This document shows, in pieces, positions 60,023-64,000 of a stretch of DNA of 64,000 nt. Position 1 is the stretch's first letter. Every line of letters starts with the position of its first letter. The stretch covers positions 188,630 to 252,629 of the forward strand of contig LSNS01000004.1 of NCBI GenBank assembly GCA_003056205.1. The letters are read 5' to 3'. The notes beneath the pieces are model-generated. The model was not told the origin of the DNA and ran no database searches. It was given only the letters and a program-made list of their open reading frames with translations. The position numbers were made by a program, and so were the translations under genes. Source of the DNA: Parcubacteria group bacterium M6-OD1-4. Its GTDB lineage: Bacteria > Patescibacteriota > Patescibacteriia > Patescibacteriales > UBA12465.

Positions 60023-61057
60023 TTAAATCAACTGTTTAGTTTCTAGTTTTTTTAAACCCAGATGCTGGTAAGCTCGTATAGTTACTAAACGACCACGCGC
60101 GGAACGATCTAAAAATCCTAACTGCATTAAGTACGGCTCATAAACGTTTTCAATGGTATCAGCTTCTTCTCCGGTGGCTGCCGCTAAAGTGTTTAAGCCA
60201 ACTGGTCCTCCTTGAAATTTATCAATAATAGTTTGAAGAATTCGCCGATCTATCAAATCTAAACCCAAAACATCAACTTCTAATAATTTAAAAGCGGCTA
60301 AAGCATCTTCTAAAGAAATAGTACCATCACCCTTAACTTCGCAATAATCACGGACCCTTTTCAACAAGCGATTAGCAATTCGGGGGGTGCGACGACTACG
60401 CTTAGCAATCTCTTGGGCAGCTTCGGTACTAATCTTAATCCCTAAAATATGAGCACTACGATTAATAATTTTTTCCAGATCCTGTGGTTCATAGAAATTT
60501 AGATGGTGAGTAATGCCAAAACGATCTCGTAAAGGAGCAGACAAAAGACTCGCTAAAGTCGTGGCACCAATAATTGTAAATTTTGGTAAATCCAATCGTA
60601 AAGTACGAGCACTCGGTCCCTTACCCATAATGATATCTAAAGCATAATCTTCCATGGCGGGATATAAAATTTCTTCAACGGATTTATGTAAACGGTGAAT
60701 CTCGTCAATGAAGAGAATATCACCCTCTTCTAAATTAGTTAAAATAGCTGCTAAATCACCAGTTTTTTCAATAGCTGGACCAGAGGTCACTCGAATATTA
60801 GCGCCAATCTCGTTAGCGATAACATGGGCAAGAGTTGTTTTTCCTAAGCCAGGAGCACCATATAATAAAACATGTTCAATCGTCTCTTGACGCTTTTTAG
60901 CAGCAGTAATCGTAATCTGTAGATTTTCCTTGAGTTTTTCTTGCCCAATATACTCCGCTAAGGTTTTGGGGCGTAAAGATAAATCTAAAGCTTCATCACC
61001 CTGACGTTCAATAGGGCTAATGAGACGATTGTTAGTTGGCGGAGATTGATTAGGCAT
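60023..61057 (-). CDS. ruvB: Holliday junction branch migration helicase RuvB
   Basis: [12 protein letters not shown], Walker [10 protein letters not shown], Walker B FIDEIHR and the C-terminal winged helix ([18 protein letters not shown]). Confidence 0.96.
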   Translation of the reverse strand: MPNQSPPTNNRLISPIERQGDEALDLSLRPKTLAEYIGQEKLKENLQITITAAKKRQETIEHVLLYGAPGLGKTTLAHVIANEIGANIRVTSGPAIEKTGDLAAILTNLEEGDILFIDEIHRLHKSVEEILYPAMEDYALDIIMGKGPSARTLRLDLPKFTIIGATTLASLLSAPLRDRFGITHHLNFYEPQDLEKIINRSAHILGIKISTEAAQEIAKRSRRTPRIANRLLKRVRDYCEVKGDGTISLEDALAAFKLLEVDVLGLDLIDRRILQTIIDKFQGGPVGLNTLAAATGEEADTIENVYEPYLMQLGFLDRSARGRLVTIRAYQHLGLKKLETKQLI

Positions 61058-61072
61058 ATAATTCTATTATAT

Positions 61073-64000
61073 TTAAAGCTGACGAAATTCGCAAATATCT
61101 CGAAAATCACAAAAATTACATAAGGGTGTTGGACGGGGGTCAAACTTTCGTTTTTTAATTGAAGCAATCTGTTCACGAACAGTTAACCGCAGTTTACTAA
61201 TATCTTGTGGGCTAGCGGTAAACGAGATTTTTTCATCGTCTTCCACATAATAATAACTTAGTAAACTAACTTTAGTTTCTAAAAATTCTTCTAAAAATAA
61301 TTGATATAAAACTAACTGACGTTTATCCACTTTTGCCTTGGAATGACCAGTTTTGTAGTCAATAATTTCTAGGGTGCCATCGGCTAAACGATCAACTCGA
61401 TCAATAGCTCCCTTAATTATTTCTTGACCAATTCGGAAAGAAAACCTTTTTTCTAAAAATAGAATAGCTTGAGGAGGATTAGCTTGATAATCAGTAAAAA
61501 AATTATGTAGAGCTTGACGCCCCTGGGCTTTGTATTTTGTTCTTTCTACTTTATCACGATATCCATCATCCTGCCAAAATTCTTCATATAAAGCTAGGAG
61601 TCGCTTCCAGTTTAATAATTTAGAGAGGCTTAAGGACGAATCCTTCTTTTTCTTTTTATTTAAACTAGTGAAAAGATTAGCTGCTAATTCTTGATGTTCT
61701 TTTAAAACCGGTAATAAAAAATTATAAAGAGTATCGTGAATCACCCGACCGAAAATTAACGATGATTTATTTGTGGAAACCGGAACTTTCAGAACAAAAG
61801 CAAATTTATATTGCAAAGGACAAACGCTGTAAGCAGCAAGTTGAGAAAAGGAAAACTTTGCTGGTAGAGGATAATTATCAGTAGAAGAATTTTTAGATTT
61901 TAAAGTTAATTTTCGAGAATTTAAATAATGTAAATCACGTAAAAATTCATTTTGAGAACTTAAACTTATTTCCGCTTGTTCTAAACTCTCTAAGCCCATT
62001 TCCTCTAAAAACCGAGAGGGTTTTTTCTCGCGCACTCCACCATAGTCTTTCGCCCCAGTTAAATATAACTTTTCCTTAGCACGAGTAACGGCCACGTAGA
62101 ATAAACGACGTTCTTCTTCGAGGTGAATATCCTTTGAAGAAATTATCTTTTCTCGCACTAAAGCATCTGGTATTGATATTTTTTCGTTACGAGAAATAGT
62201 TGGAAATTTCTTATCTACTAAATTAACAATAAAAACATAACGAAATTCTAATCCTTTAGCTCCATGAACAGTCATAATTTTTACCGTTTCCTGATCAGCA
62301 AAATCTAACTTTAAGGCTCCAGTTTCTCCGGCTTCTAACTCTAAATTAATGGCTACTAAAAAATCTTTTAAGCGTAAATCAACTTCTGTTTCTTCGAGTC
62401 TCTTGATTTTCTGATAAAACTGATTGAGATAAGAATATAATTCCAAATCACGATCGCGATCCAAACTGGCCAATAAACCTGAATCATAAGCAAATCTTAG
62501 AAAGATTTTTGTAGTTGCTTGATGGGCGACAAGCTGTGAATGTTTAGCGATTAAAGCTAAAAGTTTATTAATATTTTTAACACTTTGAGAACTTAGACCG
62601 GGGATACTATTGATATTTTTGAGAGCTTCATATAGAGACCAGACTTTCCGTCTCGCCATTTTATTAATATTGATTAAGTCAATCGGTGAGACCTTAAAAA
62701 TTTCCATATTCAAAACACGGAACAAGGCTGAGGATTCATGGTAATTATCTAGTAAACGAAAATAAGCTAGAATATCTAGAATTAAGGGTTTATAATATAA
62801 ACCACGCCAGGACATAAATTGATTAGGAATTTCTTGACGGTTTAATTCTTTAACATAAGCTTCGGCGGTTTTATTCGCTCGCACTAAGATCGCAAAATCA
62901 GACCATAATACTGGCTGAGCATCGTGGTCAACTTTTAGTTCTTTAATTTTTTGAACAACATAAGTTAATTCATCATCTTGAGAAGTAAAATTCAGAAAAT
63001 TAACTGCTGACTCAGAAGAGCTTGTTGGCAATGTACCTTTTGAAGAAGATGTTTGAGAACGAGAATTCTGAGAACCTAGTTTTTTAGAAGTGGCCTTACT
63101 ATTAACCAATCCTCGAGCTTTAAGTTTCTTAACAATGTTTAATTTTACTTCTAAACGATGTGGATTGTTATGCTGAATAAAGTGATGGGCTTGATCTAAA
63201 ATTTCTTGGCGTGAACGATAATTATCTGTTAAAACAATTTCTGAAGCTTGCGGATAATCATCCTTAAACTGCATAATATTAGATAATGAAGCTCCACGAA
63301 ATTTATAGATTGCTTGATCGTCATCACCCACAACCACTAGATTGTTAGCGGGTTTAGCTAGTAATTTAATTAACTCATACTGGACCCAATTAGTATCCTG
63401 GAATTCATCAACCATGAGATATTTAAACTGTTGGCGATAAAACTTAAGAATCTGTGGACGCTGTTGAAATAATTTTAAAGTATAAACTAACAAATCGCCA
63501 AAATCTAAAAAATTATTTTGTAACAATAATTGGTTATAAGTTTGATAAGCGGTGGCCAACTCCAAAACTCGTTTTTGTTCATCTCCTTTTTCTTTTTGTT
63601 GGGCATATTTTAAATATTCCTCAGAAGAAATATTTTCATCTTTCAAACGTGAAAAATGATGAATTAATTCTGTAATAAATTTAGTTGGATTGCCCAGAGG
63701 GCGATAATAATCTAATTGAAAACGATCAAGATTTTTTTTAATTAAAACCCACTGTTCAGTCTGCGTCAGTAATTTAAAACTAGCATTTAAACCAATATCT
63801 AAACCAAATTCCCGTAAAATACGCTCACCAAAACCATGAAAAGTATTAATCCATAAATCTAAATAACCATAAGGTAAGATTTCATCAGCCCGTCCAGACA
63901 TTTCAGCGGCCGCCTTCTCGGTAAAAGTTAGTAAGAGAATTTCATCCATTTTGACCTTCTTCTCAATAATTAGATACGCTAAACGATTAATTAACACCGT
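61073..64000 (-). CDS. UvrD/PcrA-type helicase fused to a C-terminal PD-(D/E)XK (AddB/Cas4-like) nuclease with a Cys cluster; the N-terminus lies beyond the window
   Basis: Helicase motifs TFTEKAA, MVDEFQDTN, VGDDDQAIYKFRGA, TVHGAKGLEF and YVAVTRAK are present. The C-terminus has YSVCPLQYKF, IDRVD...EIIDYKTG, QLVLYQ and CNFCDFRDIC. The frame is open to the window end. Confidence 0.85.
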   Translation of the reverse strand, partial: TVLINRLAYLIIEKKVKMDEILLLTFTEKAAAEMSGRADEILPYGYLDLWINTFHGFGERILREFGLDIGLNASFKLLTQTEQWVLIKKNLDRFQLDYYRPLGNPTKFITELIHHFSRLKDENISSEEYLKYAQQKEKGDEQKRVLELATAYQTYNQLLLQNNFLDFGDLLVYTLKLFQQRPQILKFYRQQFKYLMVDEFQDTNWVQYELIKLLAKPANNLVVVGDDDQAIYKFRGASLSNIMQFKDDYPQASEIVLTDNYRSRQEILDQAHHFIQHNNPHRLEVKLNIVKKLKARGLVNSKATSKKLGSQNSRSQTSSSKGTLPTSSSESAVNFLNFTSQDDELTYVVQKIKELKVDHDAQPVLWSDFAILVRANKTAEAYVKELNRQEIPNQFMSWRGLYYKPLILDILAYFRLLDNYHESSALFRVLNMEIFKVSPIDLININKMARRKVWSLYEALKNINSIPGLSSQSVKNINKLLALIAKHSQLVAHQATTKIFLRFAYDSGLLASLDRDRDLELYSYLNQFYQKIKRLEETEVDLRLKDFLVAINLELEAGETGALKLDFADQETVKIMTVHGAKGLEFRYVFIVNLVDKKFPTISRNEKISIPDALVREKIISSKDIHLEEERRLFYVAVTRAKEKLYLTGAKDYGGVREKKPSRFLEEMGLESLEQAEISLSSQNEFLRDLHYLNSRKLTLKSKNSSTDNYPLPAKFSFSQLAAYSVCPLQYKFAFVLKVPVSTNKSSLIFGRVIHDTLYNFLLPVLKEHQELAANLFTSLNKKKKKDSSLSLSKLLNWKRLLALYEEFWQDDGYRDKVERTKYKAQGRQALHNFFTDYQANPPQAILFLEKRFSFRIGQEIIKGAIDRVDRLADGTLEIIDYKTGHSKAKVDKRQLVLYQLFLEEFLETKVSLLSYYYVEDDEKISFTASPQDISKLRLTVREQIASIKKRKFDPRPTPLCNFCDFRDICEFRQL

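Noticed and set aside
1-64000. Possibility of an alternative genetic code (UGA recoded, as in some CPR lineages).
   Set aside because: Under the standard code the conserved proteins come out at normal full lengths (FtsZ, FtsA, SecD/F, RuvB, HisS, NrdD body, ClpP) with no fragmentation. At least one conserved enzyme gene (16534-17544) terminates on TGA at the expected C-terminus.
1-64000. CRISPR arrays, prophage, transposons, integrases, or a tRNA-flanked genomic island.
   Set aside because: By eye there are no regularly spaced direct repeats. No recombinase, transposase or phage structural motifs appear in any translation. The genes between the tRNA loci (ftsEX and the carboxypeptidase fusion) are core functions.

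Overview
This is an AT-rich (roughly one-third GC by eye), very gene-dense bacterial window with about 55 protein genes, 3 tRNAs, and no rRNA, CRISPR array, transposase or integrase. Most genes sit on the minus strand in long co-directional runs. All homology calls come from reading motifs in the supplied translations; no database search was possible.

Housekeeping content:
- Heat shock: a CIRCE-controlled hrcA-grpE-hsp20-dnaK operon.
- Cell wall and division: PBP2, ftsEX, ftsA-ftsZ, and an FtsB/DivIC-like protein.
- Metal uptake: a Fur/Zur-type regulator with a ZnuABC/TroABC-type importer.
- Nucleotide metabolism: the class III ribonucleotide reductase operon nrdR-nrdD-nrdG.
- Secretion and others: secDF, clpP, a short RelA/SpoT homolog, rpsU-hisS-lepB, ruvB, and a UvrD-type helicase-nuclease.

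The mix of several TPR-fused polytopic glycosylation proteins, thrombospondin-type-3-like calcium-motif proteins and giant cysteine-rich surface proteins suggests a small-genome Patescibacteria/CPR-like organism. That assignment is an inference.

Main leads:
1. The strongest is a seven-gene minus-strand cluster at 41365-54337 that encodes only exported or membrane-anchored proteins. Two of them are paralogous giants (902 and 1508 aa) whose N-termini look like VirB2/TrbC-type (type IV secretion) pilin hairpins fused to adhesin-like ectodomains.
2. nrdD appears split: its glycyl-radical motif sits on a separate 48-aa ORF that is not in the ORF track.
3. A soluble VirD4/TraD-like ATPase carries a C-terminal CxxC-x17-CxxC zinc ribbon and sits next to a DnaQ-like exonuclease.
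4. An EnvC/PcsB-style coiled-coil protein carries a lytic-transglycosylase domain.
5. GrpE is fused to a DUF1653-like domain.
6. Two operator-in-promoter arrangements imply leaderless transcripts.
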